This document shows, in pieces, positions 20,993-30,513 of a stretch of 64,000 nucleotides of DNA. Within the stretch, counting starts at the first letter, position 1. The number at the start of each line of letters is the position of its first letter. The stretch covers positions 80 through 64,079 of the forward strand of contig JAZRPO010000059.1 of assembly GCA_045649265.1 (NCBI GenBank). Direction: 5' to 3'. The position numbers and the translations under genes are program-made. The notes beneath the pieces were generated by a model that saw only the letters and a program-made list of their open reading frames with translations, was not told the origin of the DNA and did no database searches. The DNA is from Eubacteriales bacterium (lineage in GTDB: Bacteria; Bacillota; Clostridia; Oscillospirales; JAAYXM01).

Positions 20993-23323
20993 ATGAGCAG
21001 TGCACAGAAATACAGAGTCCGCGATTTGGCAAAGGACTTTGGAATTACAGCAAAAGCTGTTGCGGAGATTCTCACGAAATACTCTACGGCTCCCAAATCA
21101 AATATGCAGGCACTTACAGATGATGAACTCAATATAGTTTTTGATGTTCTTACAATCCAGAATCAGGTGGAGAGCTTTGAAGCTCTTATGGCAGATGTTT
21201 ACCATGAGGAAACATCAAAAGCTACCCCGGTAAAAGAGGAGAAAAAGGAAGAAGCTCCCGCGAAAAAGGCTGTTGCAAAAACTTCTCCTGCAAAAGAAGA
21301 AAAAACCGAGCCGAAGGACGGCTCTGCAACAGTAACTACCAAGAAGGGTGTTCAGACACACGTTATCGACACGCGAGGCGGGAGTGTTGACCTCTCAAAA
21401 TATGACGACAGCGTTGACAATCTCGTTCCCGACAGGGTAAAGGACATCGGAACAATAAAGCAGAAGATAAAAAAATCTCCTGACCGCAAGCAACAGAACT
21501 TTGGCTCAAAGCGTCGCCAGGAGGAACAGGAAAAAATGAAGAAGCTGGAAGCTCAGGTTCAGAAGAAGCCTCAGCTCACGGTTTTGATTCCTGATGAAAT
21601 CTCAGTCGGAGAGCTCGCCTCACGTATGAAGAGGACCGGCGCTGATGTTGTAAAGCAGCTTATCAAGCTCGGTGTTATGGCATCTGTTTCTGACGTTATT
21701 GATTATGACACTGCTGCCATCGTTGCGCTTGAAATGGGCGCAAAGGTTGAAAAGGAAATTATCATCACAATAGAGGATAAGCTCATTGACGAAAGCGTTG
21801 ACCGTGAGGAGGACCTCCTCCCCCGTGACCCTGTTGTAGTTGTCATGGGCCATGTTGACCACGGTAAAACCTCGCTTCTTGATGCAGTCAGAAAAACAAA
21901 CGTTGTTTCCGGTGAAGCCGGCGGAATCACTCAGCATATCGGTGCTTATCGCGTAGATATAAACGGAAGAAAAATCACCTTCCTCGATACTCCGGGCCAC
22001 GAAGCGTTTACCTCCATGCGCGCGCGCGGCGCTCAGGTTACTGACGTTGTAATTCTCGTCGTCGCCGCAGATGACGGAATCATGCCTCAGACAATCGAAG
22101 CCATTAACCACGCAAAAGCAGCCGGGGTCCCGATAGTTGTAGCAATAAACAAAATGGATGCGGAGGGCGCAAACCCCGACCGCATCAAGCAGCAGCTCAC
22201 AGAACACGAGCTTGTTGCGGAGGAATGGGGCGGAAGCACCATAGTCTGCCCGATTTCTGCAAAGCTCGGCGACGGTATTGATGAGCTTCTTGAAATGGTA
22301 ATCCTCACAGCTGATATGCTTGAACTCAAAGCTAACCCCAACAGACGCGCAAAGGGAACCGTTGTTGAAGCAAAGCTTGACCGCGGCCGTGGCCCTGTCG
22401 CAACGCTTCTCGTTTCAAACGGAACTCTCAACGCAGGCGATGTTATAATCGCAGGCACAAGTGTCGGAAGAATCCGCGCGCTGTCTGACGATAAGGGAAG
22501 GAAAATCAAGACCGCAGGTCCTTCAGTGCCTGTTGAGATCATCGGTCTTTCCGAAGTCCCGAACGCCGGCGACATCTTCTACGCCGTTGACGATGAGCGC
22601 ATGGCTCGTGAGCTTGTTCAACAGCGCAAACAGACTGAAAAAGACGAAAACAACAAAGCCTCAGCCCGCAAGGTTTCTCTGGAAGACCTCTTTGACCAGA
22701 TTCAGCAGGGCGAAATCAAAGAGCTTCCAATTATTGTAAAGGCTGATGTTAAGGGCTCGGCAGAAGCTGTCAAGGCTTCTCTCGAAAAGCTCTCAAATGA
22801 TGAGGTTCGTGTCCGCGTTATCCACGCAGGTGTCGGCGGTATCAACGAGTCTGATATTCTTCTTGCTTCAGCTTCAAACGCTATTGTTGTCGGCTTTAAT
22901 GTCCGCCCGGATTCCGGTGCGCGCGACAGCGCGGCTTCCTCCGGAACAGACATAAGGCTCTATCGCATCATTTACGACTGCATTGAAGAAATCGAAGCTG
23001 CAATGAAAGGTCTGCTTGCTCCTACTTTCCGTGAAGAAGTGCTCGGCCATGCTGAAATCCGCCAGACGTTCAAGGTTTCAAAGGTTGGAACAATCGCAGG
23101 CTGCCACGTTACAGACGGAAAAATCATCAGAACAGCAAATGTCCGTGTTGTTCGTGATAATATTGTTGTATATGACGGCGAGCTCGCATCGCTTAAAAGA
23201 TTTAAAGACGATGCCAAGGAAGTTTCCTCAGGATATGAATGCGGCCTTAGCATTGTAAACTTTAATGATATTAAAGAGGGTGACGTCATTGAGGCGTACA
23301 CCATGGTTGAAGTAAAGGAATAA
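20993..23323 (+). CDS. infB: Translation initiation factor IF-2
   Basis: GTPase domain ([24 protein letters not shown]) and IF-2 C-terminal domains. ATG 20993 lies 9 nt after GGAGGTG. Confidence 0.96.
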   Translation: MSSAQKYRVRDLAKDFGITAKAVAEILTKYSTAPKSNMQALTDDELNIVFDVLTIQNQVESFEALMADVYHEETSKATPVKEEKKEEAPAKKAVAKTSPAKEEKTEPKDGSATVTTKKGVQTHVIDTRGGSVDLSKYDDSVDNLVPDRVKDIGTIKQKIKKSPDRKQQNFGSKRRQEEQEKMKKLEAQVQKKPQLTVLIPDEISVGELASRMKRTGADVVKQLIKLGVMASVSDVIDYDTAAIVALEMGAKVEKEIIITIEDKLIDESVDREEDLLPRDPVVVVMGHVDHGKTSLLDAVRKTNVVSGEAGGITQHIGAYRVDINGRKITFLDTPGHEAFTSMRARGAQVTDVVILVVAADDGIMPQTIEAINHAKAAGVPIVVAINKMDAEGANPDRIKQQLTEHELVAEEWGGSTIVCPISAKLGDGIDELLEMVILTADMLELKANPNRRAKGTVVEAKLDRGRGPVATLLVSNGTLNAGDVIIAGTSVGRIRALSDDKGRKIKTAGPSVPVEIIGLSEVPNAGDIFYAVDDERMARELVQQRKQTEKDENNKASARKVSLEDLFDQIQQGEIKELPIIVKADVKGSAEAVKASLEKLSNDEVRVRVIHAGVGGINESDILLASASNAIVVGFNVRPDSGARDSAASSGTDIRLYRIIYDCIEEIEAAMKGLLAPTFREEVLGHAEIRQTFKVSKVGTIAGCHVTDGKIIRTANVRVVRDNIVVYDGELASLKRFKDDAKEVSSGYECGLSIVNFNDIKEGDVIEAYTMVEVKE

Positions 23324-23327
23324 GAGT

Positions 23328-24632
23328 ATGGGAAGTGTTCGTATTGGGCGCGTTAACGACGAGCTCATGAAAATTTTGGCAGAGCTTTTGCGGACAGTGC
23401 GCGACCCCAGAGTTTCAGGGGTTGTCAGCATTGTGCGGGTGGAAACTGCGCCCGACCTCGGAAGTGCCAGGGTTTTTGTCAGTGTTTTCGGTGACGAGCA
23501 AAAACGCCGCGATTGCGTAAAAGCGCTTCGTTCAGCCTCGGGGTATCTGCGCCGTGAGGCCGCAAAACGTTTGAGGCTCCGCCATACCCCTGAGCTTACC
23601 TTTATAGCCGACGACTCGATAGTTTCAGGAACTCACATAATGGAACTTATTGAAAACGTTTCTCGCCACGATAAGGAGAAAAAGCTGCTTACAATCGACG
23701 GTGCTGCAGATTTTTTAAAAACCCGCGACAATATTCTCCTGCTCACCCACAAAAGCCCCGACGGCGACACGGTAGGCTCGGCGGCAGCGCTGTGCCTCTC
23801 CCTTCGCGCAACAGGAAAAAAAGCATATATCTTTGAAAATCCTGAATTTTCAGAGAAACTCTACCGCCGTGCGTGCGCATTTTTCCCCAACGAAGGGTTT
23901 ACTCCTGACTGTGTCGTAGCGGTTGACATTGCAGACAAGGCTCTCTTTTGCCCCGGTGCCGAGGCTTTTGGGGATAGAATAGACCTTGCAATCGACCACC
24001 ACGTCACTCACCGCTCATATGCTGCAAAAGAGTGTGTTGTTTCTGAAGCTGCCGCCTGCGGAGAAATCATTTTTGACATTATAAAATCACTTTCCGTAGA
24101 TTTCACGCAGGAGATTGCAAGCCTTCTTTACATTGCAATCTCAACAGATACAGGGCGTTTTCTGCACGGAAACACAACCCCGGAAAGTCTCAGAAAATCA
24201 GCGGAGCTCCTTTCTCTGGGCGCGGATTTTAAAGAAATTAACAGAGAGTTTTTCCAGGAAAAAACGAAAAGCCGCATCGCGCTTGAAACAGAAATTCTCT
24301 CAGGTCTCAAGCTCTATTTCGACGGCCGTGTCTCTGTTATCAGGATGACTAATGAAATGGTTGCAAGGAATAAAGCCACAACAGATGACACCGACAGCAT
24401 TTCTGCCCTTGCCAGGGTTGTAAAAGGCGTTGTTCTCGGCATTTATATTCACGAGAAGGGCGATGAGATTAAAGTTTCTCTCCGCTCAGACGGAAGCATA
24501 AGCTGTGCAAAATTTTGCGAAAACTTCGGTGGCGGTGGCCATGACGGTGCTGCCGGTTGCTCAATGTCCTGCACGCTGGACGAGGCAGAAGAGCGAATAA
24601 TCAGCAAAATTGAAGAACTAAAACTTTTTTAA
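23328..24632 (+). CDS. rbfA: Single ORF fusing ribosome-binding factor A (aa 1 to about 119) to a DHH/DHHA1 phosphoesterase (NrnA-like, aa 120-434)
   Basis: The RbfA part has RVNDELMKILAELL, VSIVRVETAPDLGSARVFVSV and RLRHTPELTF. The DHH part has HKSPDGDTVGS, AIDHHVTH and GGGGHDGAAG. There is no in-frame stop between the two parts. Confidence 0.8.
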   Translation: MGSVRIGRVNDELMKILAELLRTVRDPRVSGVVSIVRVETAPDLGSARVFVSVFGDEQKRRDCVKALRSASGYLRREAAKRLRLRHTPELTFIADDSIVSGTHIMELIENVSRHDKEKKLLTIDGAADFLKTRDNILLLTHKSPDGDTVGSAAALCLSLRATGKKAYIFENPEFSEKLYRRACAFFPNEGFTPDCVVAVDIADKALFCPGAEAFGDRIDLAIDHHVTHRSYAAKECVVSEAAACGEIIFDIIKSLSVDFTQEIASLLYIAISTDTGRFLHGNTTPESLRKSAELLSLGADFKEINREFFQEKTKSRIALETEILSGLKLYFDGRVSVIRMTNEMVARNKATTDDTDSISALARVVKGVVLGIYIHEKGDEIKVSLRSDGSISCAKFCENFGGGGHDGAAGCSMSCTLDEAEERIISKIEELKLF

Positions 24633-24702
24633 AGATATTTGCGGAGCACCTCAGTGTTCCGCAATGTCTCTTTCAGGCAACACGCTCTGAGAAAGGTAAC
24701 TT

Positions 24703-25560
24703 ATGAACGGAATCGTAATTGTTGACAAGCCCGAAGGGCTTACGTCTCACGACGTTGTCTCACGGATGCGGCGCATTTTTAAAACACGGCGTGTCGGGCA
24801 TTCCGGTACTCTTGACCCGCTTGCAACAGGGGTTCTCCCCGTTTTTGTAGGCAGAGCAACAAGAGCTTGCGAATTTGCCCTTTGTGATGAAAAGGAATAT
24901 ATTGCAACAATGAGGCTCGGGCTTGAAACCGATACTCAGGATATCACGGGAAATATCATCTCAGAAAAAGCTGTTTCCGCTTCGCCGGAGGATGTGCTTT
25001 CCGCCTGCAAGCAATTTGAGGGGGAGCTTTTTCAGACCCCGCCGATGTATTCTGCAATTAAAATTGACGGTGTCCCGCTCTACAAGCTTGCCCGTGCCGG
25101 AAAAGAGGTTGAAAGAAAGGCGCGCAAAATTCAAATTTCCTCCATTTCCGCCCGCAACATTTCGGAAAAGGACTATGAGCTTTCCGTCGCCTGTTCAAAG
25201 GGCACATACATAAGAACTCTCATTTATGATATTGGAAATGCACTTGGCTGCGGAGCTTGCATGACATCACTTCGCAGAACAAAATCCGGGATTTTTGAAA
25301 TTTCATCGGCGCGCACAATAGATGAAATCGAGGCTTGCCCATCTGTTCTCCCCGTTGATTTTATGTTTTCGGAATATCAAGCTGTTACAATAGATGCAAT
25401 CGGCGAGAAAAAATGTAGATGTGGAGCCGATGTTCCATACAATGCAGAGCCGGGCAAGACTTTCCGTGTTTATAACGAAAGCGGGGATTTTTTGATGCTT
25501 GCAATGGGCGGAGAGCACGGCGAGCTTCATACCATAAAAAGCTTTTTTGAGGTGGACTGA
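24703..25560 (+). CDS. truB: tRNA pseudouridine(55) synthase
   Basis: VVDKPEGLTSHDVV, GHSGTLDPLATGVL and PPMYSAIK motifs. Confidence 0.95.
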   Translation: MNGIVIVDKPEGLTSHDVVSRMRRIFKTRRVGHSGTLDPLATGVLPVFVGRATRACEFALCDEKEYIATMRLGLETDTQDITGNIISEKAVSASPEDVLSACKQFEGELFQTPPMYSAIKIDGVPLYKLARAGKEVERKARKIQISSISARNISEKDYELSVACSKGTYIRTLIYDIGNALGCGACMTSLRRTKSGIFEISSARTIDEIEACPSVLPVDFMFSEYQAVTIDAIGEKKCRCGADVPYNAEPGKTFRVYNESGDFLMLAMGGEHGELHTIKSFFEVD

Positions 25561-25561
25561 A

Positions 25562-26443
25562 ATGAAAAGAGCTATTGCACTTGGTTTTTTTGACGGTGTA
25601 CATATTGGTCACGGTGCGCTATTTAACAAAACAAAGCAAATTGCGCAGGAGCGCGGGCTTTTTCCATGTGTTATGACCTATTCTTCGCATCCTTCCGAAA
25701 TTCTTTCACCAAAGAGGGTTCCTCTTATCAATACAACATCCGAGCGAGCTTCTCTCATCTCGGAACTGTACGGAATTTCAGATATTGTGATTAAAGATTT
25801 TACGATTGAATATGCATCTCTTTCCTGCGAAGATTTTTTTGATAAAATTCTTATATCAGAGCTTTCCTGCGAGCATGTCATTGCGGGTTATGATTTCCGC
25901 TTTGGTAAAAACGGCTCGGGAGATGTTTCAACTCTGCGGGAGTTGTGCCGCAAAAACAACATGGGCTGCGAAATTGTTGATGTGGTAGAGTGTGACGGTG
26001 AGGCTGTAAACTCCTCGCGCATTCGGAAGCTGATTGAGGCAGGTGATATGGAAACCTCCTCTCGGCTTCTCGGCCATCACCACTGCACGATTTCCCCGGT
26101 CGTCCACGGACAAGCTTTGGGGGCTTCGATCGGGTTTGCAACTGCAAATCAGCATTTTGACAAAGCCATAGGGCTTCCAAAGCGCGGAGTTTATGCTTCA
26201 CGCGTCACGATTGACGGAAAAACCTATAAATCAATAACAAATATAGGTGTCCGCCCGACGGTGTGTGAGGAAAGCGAAGTCGTTGCCGAGACTCATATCC
26301 CGTCATTCTCCGAAAATCTTTACGGAAAACTGATGAAAACGGAATTTGTAAAATTCATCCGTGAGGAAAGAGCTTTTCCTTCACTCGATGCTTTATATGA
26401 GCAAATATCACAAGACTTGCTTTTTCTGATGCAAGAAAATTAG
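25562..26443 (+). CDS. ribF: Bifunctional riboflavin kinase / FAD synthetase
   Basis: LGFFDGVHIGH, SSRIR and FPTANQ-like (GFATANQ) motifs, with a riboflavin kinase C-terminus. ATG 25562 follows SD GAGGTGG. Confidence 0.92.
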   Translation: MKRAIALGFFDGVHIGHGALFNKTKQIAQERGLFPCVMTYSSHPSEILSPKRVPLINTTSERASLISELYGISDIVIKDFTIEYASLSCEDFFDKILISELSCEHVIAGYDFRFGKNGSGDVSTLRELCRKNNMGCEIVDVVECDGEAVNSSRIRKLIEAGDMETSSRLLGHHHCTISPVVHGQALGASIGFATANQHFDKAIGLPKRGVYASRVTIDGKTYKSITNIGVRPTVCEESEVVAETHIPSFSENLYGKLMKTEFVKFIREERAFPSLDALYEQISQDLLFLMQEN

Positions 26444-26463
26444 AGGTTTTTACAGAAAATTCA

Positions 26464-26492
26464 TTGATTTTGCCTATATTATTTGGTACAAT
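26464..26492 (+). promoter_or_regulatory. Candidate extended -10 promoter for the PucR-like regulator gene
   Basis: TTGATT (26464-26469), a 17-nt spacer, then TGgTACAAT (-10 at 26487-26492). Confidence 0.55.
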
Positions 26493-26568
26493 ATAAATTG
26501 ATGTAGTGTCGTTACAATGCGTTTTTTCAATAATGAAAAAACGCAACTCTGTTAAAGGTGGATTTGTT

Positions 26569-27660
26569 ATGGCTTGGGCAATGCTTCAAAATACCATCCT
26601 TCAAATGAAGGAGGCAACCGACCGCACAGTCGGTGTCATAAACGTTTCGGGTGTCGTCTGCGCCTGCACAGACACTTCTATGAAAGGTTCTGTGCACGAT
26701 GGTGCAATAAATGCGCTTGAGGAAATGATCGGCTCGTATCTTGTATTTGACGGATGTACATACAAGCCCATCGCAACTCCCGGAGCCCGTTTTGAATACG
26801 TAGTCTTTGTTGAGGGTGAAGATGAGCAGGCAAAAAGCCTCGCAATTATGGCTTCTCTCGCCGTTGGTAATGCCAAAAAGTATTATGACGAAAAGCACGA
26901 CCGCACAACCTTCGTCAAAAACATAATTCTTGATAATATTCTTTCAGGGGATATTTACATGAAGGCAAACGAGCTTCGTATGCCTCAGGAAATCCCACAT
27001 ATTGTATTTCTCATCCGTCAGACAGAGCATTGCGATACGGCAGCACTTGATGTTGTTTCCAATATGTTCCCCGACAAGCAGAAGGATTTTGTAATAAGCA
27101 TAAGCGAAAACGAAATTGCACTTGTGCATGAGGTTTCTCCTTCCGATAAATCACAGGATTTTATAAAAATAGCCGAGGCTGTCCGTGACACCTTAAAATC
27201 AGAGCTCCTCACAAAAACGGAAATCGGCATAGGCACCGTGGCTTTTGCTCTCAAAGACCTTGCTGTTTCTTATAAAGAGGCTCAATCGGCAATCAATGTC
27301 GGAAAAATGTTCGATACGGAACGCGAAATCATGAGCTACGAAAATCTCGGAATCGGGCGTCTTATTTATCAGCTACCCACGACACTCTGCGAAATGTTCT
27401 TATCCGAGGTGTTCCACGACAATTCTCTCGAAGCTCTTGATTCCGAAACGCTCATGACCATACAGAAGTTTTTCGAGAATAACCTCAACGTATCGGAAAC
27501 ATCAAGAAATCTTTTTGTCCACAGAAACACCCTGGTCTACAGACTTGAAAAAATAAAGAAAATAACAGGTCTTGACCTTCGCGAGTTTGACGATGCTATT
27601 ATTTTCAGAGTTGCGCTTATGGTAAAGAAATACCTTTCTTCGCAAAGGTCAACTTTTTAA
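26569..27660 (+). CDS. PucR/CdaR-family transcriptional regulator
   Basis: C-terminal PucR-type HTH (NLNVSETSRNLFVHRNTLVYRLEKIKKITGLDLREFDD). I start it at ATG 26569 with SD AAAGGTGG. Confidence 0.75.
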   Translation: MAWAMLQNTILQMKEATDRTVGVINVSGVVCACTDTSMKGSVHDGAINALEEMIGSYLVFDGCTYKPIATPGARFEYVVFVEGEDEQAKSLAIMASLAVGNAKKYYDEKHDRTTFVKNIILDNILSGDIYMKANELRMPQEIPHIVFLIRQTEHCDTAALDVVSNMFPDKQKDFVISISENEIALVHEVSPSDKSQDFIKIAEAVRDTLKSELLTKTEIGIGTVAFALKDLAVSYKEAQSAINVGKMFDTEREIMSYENLGIGRLIYQLPTTLCEMFLSEVFHDNSLEALDSETLMTIQKFFENNLNVSETSRNLFVHRNTLVYRLEKIKKITGLDLREFDDAIIFRVALMVKKYLSSQRSTF

Positions 27661-27698
27661 GCTTGGTTGTGTGCTTCACACGGAAAGGATTGTGAAAT

Positions 27699-28379
27699 AT
27701 GGTTAGGCTTCTGGATGTCTGTAAGGTTTATGAAAACGGAACTCCGGCTCTTGCAGGCATCAATCTCAAAATAGATGACGGAGAGTTTGTTTTTCTTGTC
27801 GGCTCTTCCGCATCGGGCAAATCAACCATTGTTAAGATACTTACATCCGAAGTTCAGATGACCTCAGGCCGAGGCATTGTAAATGGGTTTAACTTAAACC
27901 GTATAAAGCCCTCTAAAATTCCGGAGCTCCGCAGGACAGTCGGGGTCGTTTTTCAGGACTTTCGTCTTATTGATAAAAAAACAGTTTATGAAAACGTTGC
28001 TTTTGCAATGCGGGCAGTCGGTGCATCTCCCCGTACAATAAAAAGCCGCGTGCCATATGTGTTGAATCTTGTCGGCCTTGAACACAAGGCAAAATGCCTC
28101 CCCGATGAGCTTTCCGGCGGAGAAAGGCAGAGGGTTGCAGTTGCCCGTGCCATCGTAAATAATCCGAAGATGATTATTGCTGATGAGCCGACAGGTAACC
28201 TTGACCCCAAAATGTCGATAGAAATAATGAGCCTTTTGGAAAAGATAAATGAGCTTGGAACCACCGTATTGGTTGTCACTCACGAACGCGAGCTTGTCGA
28301 TGAGTTTGTCAAGCGAGTTATAACAATTGACTGCGGTCGGATTATAAGCGATAAAACAGGTGGGTATTATCAAAAATGA
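27699..28379 (+). CDS. ftsE: Cell-division ABC transporter ATP-binding protein FtsE
   Basis: Walker A GSSASGKST, LSGGERQRV and Walker B IIADEPTGNLD. Precedes ftsX. Confidence 0.93.
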   Translation: MVRLLDVCKVYENGTPALAGINLKIDDGEFVFLVGSSASGKSTIVKILTSEVQMTSGRGIVNGFNLNRIKPSKIPELRRTVGVVFQDFRLIDKKTVYENVAFAMRAVGASPRTIKSRVPYVLNLVGLEHKAKCLPDELSGGERQRVAVARAIVNNPKMIIADEPTGNLDPKMSIEIMSLLEKINELGTTVLVVTHERELVDEFVKRVITIDCGRIISDKTGGYYQK

Positions 28380-29263
28380 GACTTTATAATATATCTTACT
28401 TTTTACGCGAAGGAATTCATAGTATTTTTTCTCATCGGCTTATGAGTTTGGCTGCGATGAGCGTTATTACTTCATGTCTTCTTCTCATGGGCAGCTTCTC
28501 CCTCCTCGCCGCAAACATTGACCGCCTTCTTGCCGATGTTGAAAGCAAAAACAAGATTGTCGCCTTTGTTGACGATTCATATTCCGAAGAGGCTTCCCGG
28601 GCTCTTGAAAGAGATGTCCTCGCAATTCCTGAGATTGCCTCAGCCGAATTTATGACAAAGCAGGAAGCTCTTGAAAATTTTAAAGAAGATTTCGGCGATG
28701 AAAGCGAGCTTCTTGACGGTCTTGACGAGCGCAACCCGCTTCGTGACCGCTACACAGTCACCCTGCACAAAATTGAGGACACGCAGAAGGTTTCGGATGC
28801 GCTCAAAGAAATCACGGGCATCGCAAAGGTTTCTGCCCGGAGTGATATATCAGATAAAATCATTCAGGTGCGAGACGTTGTTACCATAGTTTGCACAGCG
28901 CTTATCCTCATTCTCGTTCTCGTATCCGTCTTTATAATTTCAAATACAGTAAATCTCACTATATTTAACAGGCGCGAGGAGATTGCCATAATGAAAATGA
29001 TTGGAGCTACCAACGGCTTCATACGTTTACCATTTGTAATTGAGGGGGTTCTCATAGGAATTGCAGGCGCCCTTATTGCAATCTTCCTTCAATGGGGAGT
29101 TTACGAATATATTGTCGCAGGCGCCCTCTCGGGAATAAGCTTTATTCCGACAATCCCCTTCGGAGAATGCGTAGGTTATCTTGTTCTTACCTTCTTCGGC
29201 ACAGGTGTCCTTGTCGGTGGAGTCGGAAGCGCCATAACCCTTCGAAAATTCTTGAAAGTATAA
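28376..29263 (+). CDS. ftsX: Cell-division permease-like protein FtsX
   Basis: 295 aa with four TM segments and a large first extracellular loop. The ATGA start overlaps the ftsE stop. Confidence 0.9.
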   Translation: MRLYNISYFLREGIHSIFSHRLMSLAAMSVITSCLLLMGSFSLLAANIDRLLADVESKNKIVAFVDDSYSEEASRALERDVLAIPEIASAEFMTKQEALENFKEDFGDESELLDGLDERNPLRDRYTVTLHKIEDTQKVSDALKEITGIAKVSARSDISDKIIQVRDVVTIVCTALILILVLVSVFIISNTVNLTIFNRREEIAIMKMIGATNGFIRLPFVIEGVLIGIAGALIAIFLQWGVYEYIVAGALSGISFIPTIPFGECVGYLVLTFFGTGVLVGGVGSAITLRKFLKV

Positions 29264-29276
29264 GGAGGTGTTTTGT

Positions 29277-30449
29277 TTGGGTAAAAAGTCCGTGCGCATC
29301 ACTTCTGCACTTATCGCAATCCTTCTTGTCTTCCTGCTTGTTTTTTCCATGTTTGCTCAATTTGTTGCCCGTGCGGATGCTGCTCAGACAGTTTCCAGCT
29401 TGAATAATAAGCTCGCAAATCTCGCAAATGAAAAAAGCAAGATTCAGAAAGAGCTTAAACAGATACAATCAAAAAAACAATCAACCATGACAAAAAAAGC
29501 CGCTCTTGACAAGCAGATTAATGTCACCGAGCAGGAAATAGACACAATAAACGAGCTTATTAAAGCTCTTGATGTCCAACTTACAACCGTTTCAGCTGAG
29601 CTTTCGGAGGCACAGAAAAAAGAGCAGACCGAGAATGAGGATTTTCTCAAACGCGTTCGAATTATGGAGGAGGAAGGCTCGGCATCCATGCTGGGCATAA
29701 TCCTCTCAGCAGACAGCTTCTCGGATATGCTTACCCGCACCGAGCTTATCGGTGACATTGTTGAGGGAGATAAGAAGCTCATGCGTTCCCTCGCCGAGAC
29801 GAGAGCAAGCATCGAAGCAAAAAAAACAGAGATTGACGAGGCGCGCACAGCGCAGGCGAACGCCAGAAAAAACCTTGTTGAAAAGCAGAACTCTCTCGAA
29901 TCACAGTATACTTCCGCTAACAATCTCATAAAATCTCTTAATGTAGAGGCCGCACAATATGAAAAGGCTTTCAATGAGGCAGAAAGAGCTATGGATGCCG
30001 CCCGAGCTGAGCTTCAAAGCCTGCTTTCTTCCTCCGGCTCATCTACATATGTCGGCGGTGAGTTCCGTTGGCCGACAGCAGCTACAAGAATCACGTCGTA
30101 TTACGGAACCCGAAAAGATCCGATAACGAAAAAGTCATCCATGCATACCGGCGTTGACATCGGAGCCAGCATGGGCAGCAACATCTTTGCCGCAAACAGC
30201 GGAACCGTTATCGTTGCAGGCTGGTCCAGCAAGGGGTACGGGAATTACGTTGTTATTGACCACGGCGGCGGAAAATCCACGCTGTATGCACATATGAGCA
30301 AGATTATCGCCAAGAAGGGCGCAAAGGTAGTTAAGGGCGATGTAATCGGTCTTGTCGGCTCAACCGGATACTCGACAGGCCCGCATCTACACTTTGAAAT
30401 TCTTATAAACGGAAAACACACAAATCCGATGAACTATTTTAAAAAATAG
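29277..30449 (+). CDS. Coiled-coil M23 (LytM-domain) peptidoglycan endopeptidase, PcsB/EnvC-like
   Basis: Signal/TM segment, about 230 aa of heptad-rich coiled coil, and a C-terminal M23 domain (HTGVDIGA, VVIDHGGG, STLYAHMS, GPHLHFEI). I prefer start TTG 29277 (AGGAGG 8 nt upstream) over GTG 29268. Confidence 0.85.
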   Translation: MGKKSVRITSALIAILLVFLLVFSMFAQFVARADAAQTVSSLNNKLANLANEKSKIQKELKQIQSKKQSTMTKKAALDKQINVTEQEIDTINELIKALDVQLTTVSAELSEAQKKEQTENEDFLKRVRIMEEEGSASMLGIILSADSFSDMLTRTELIGDIVEGDKKLMRSLAETRASIEAKKTEIDEARTAQANARKNLVEKQNSLESQYTSANNLIKSLNVEAAQYEKAFNEAERAMDAARAELQSLLSSSGSSTYVGGEFRWPTAATRITSYYGTRKDPITKKSSMHTGVDIGASMGSNIFAANSGTVIVAGWSSKGYGNYVVIDHGGGKSTLYAHMSKIIAKKGAKVVKGDVIGLVGSTGYSTGPHLHFEILINGKHTNPMNYFKK

Positions 30450-30464
30450 CAGCAAAAATTGTAG

Positions 30465-30499
30465 TGGGGCGATGAAGACATCGCCCCAGACACTTTTTA
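30465..30499 (+). terminator. Candidate rho-independent terminator after the M23 gene
   Basis: TGGGGCGATG-AAGA-CATCGCCCCA forms a perfect 10-bp stem. A TTTTT run begins 5 nt downstream. Confidence 0.55.
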
Positions 30500-30513
30500 C
30501 TTAGGAGGAACAT

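Noticed and set aside
21620-22207. A 195-aa minus-strand ORF inside infB, and other long antisense ORFs (for example 22087-22575, 30967-31500, 34278-34808, 57685-58230, 29444-29974)
   Set aside because: They are shadow ORFs opposite strongly conserved genes. Their translations are low-complexity or Cys/Phe-rich, have no motifs and have no SD sequences.
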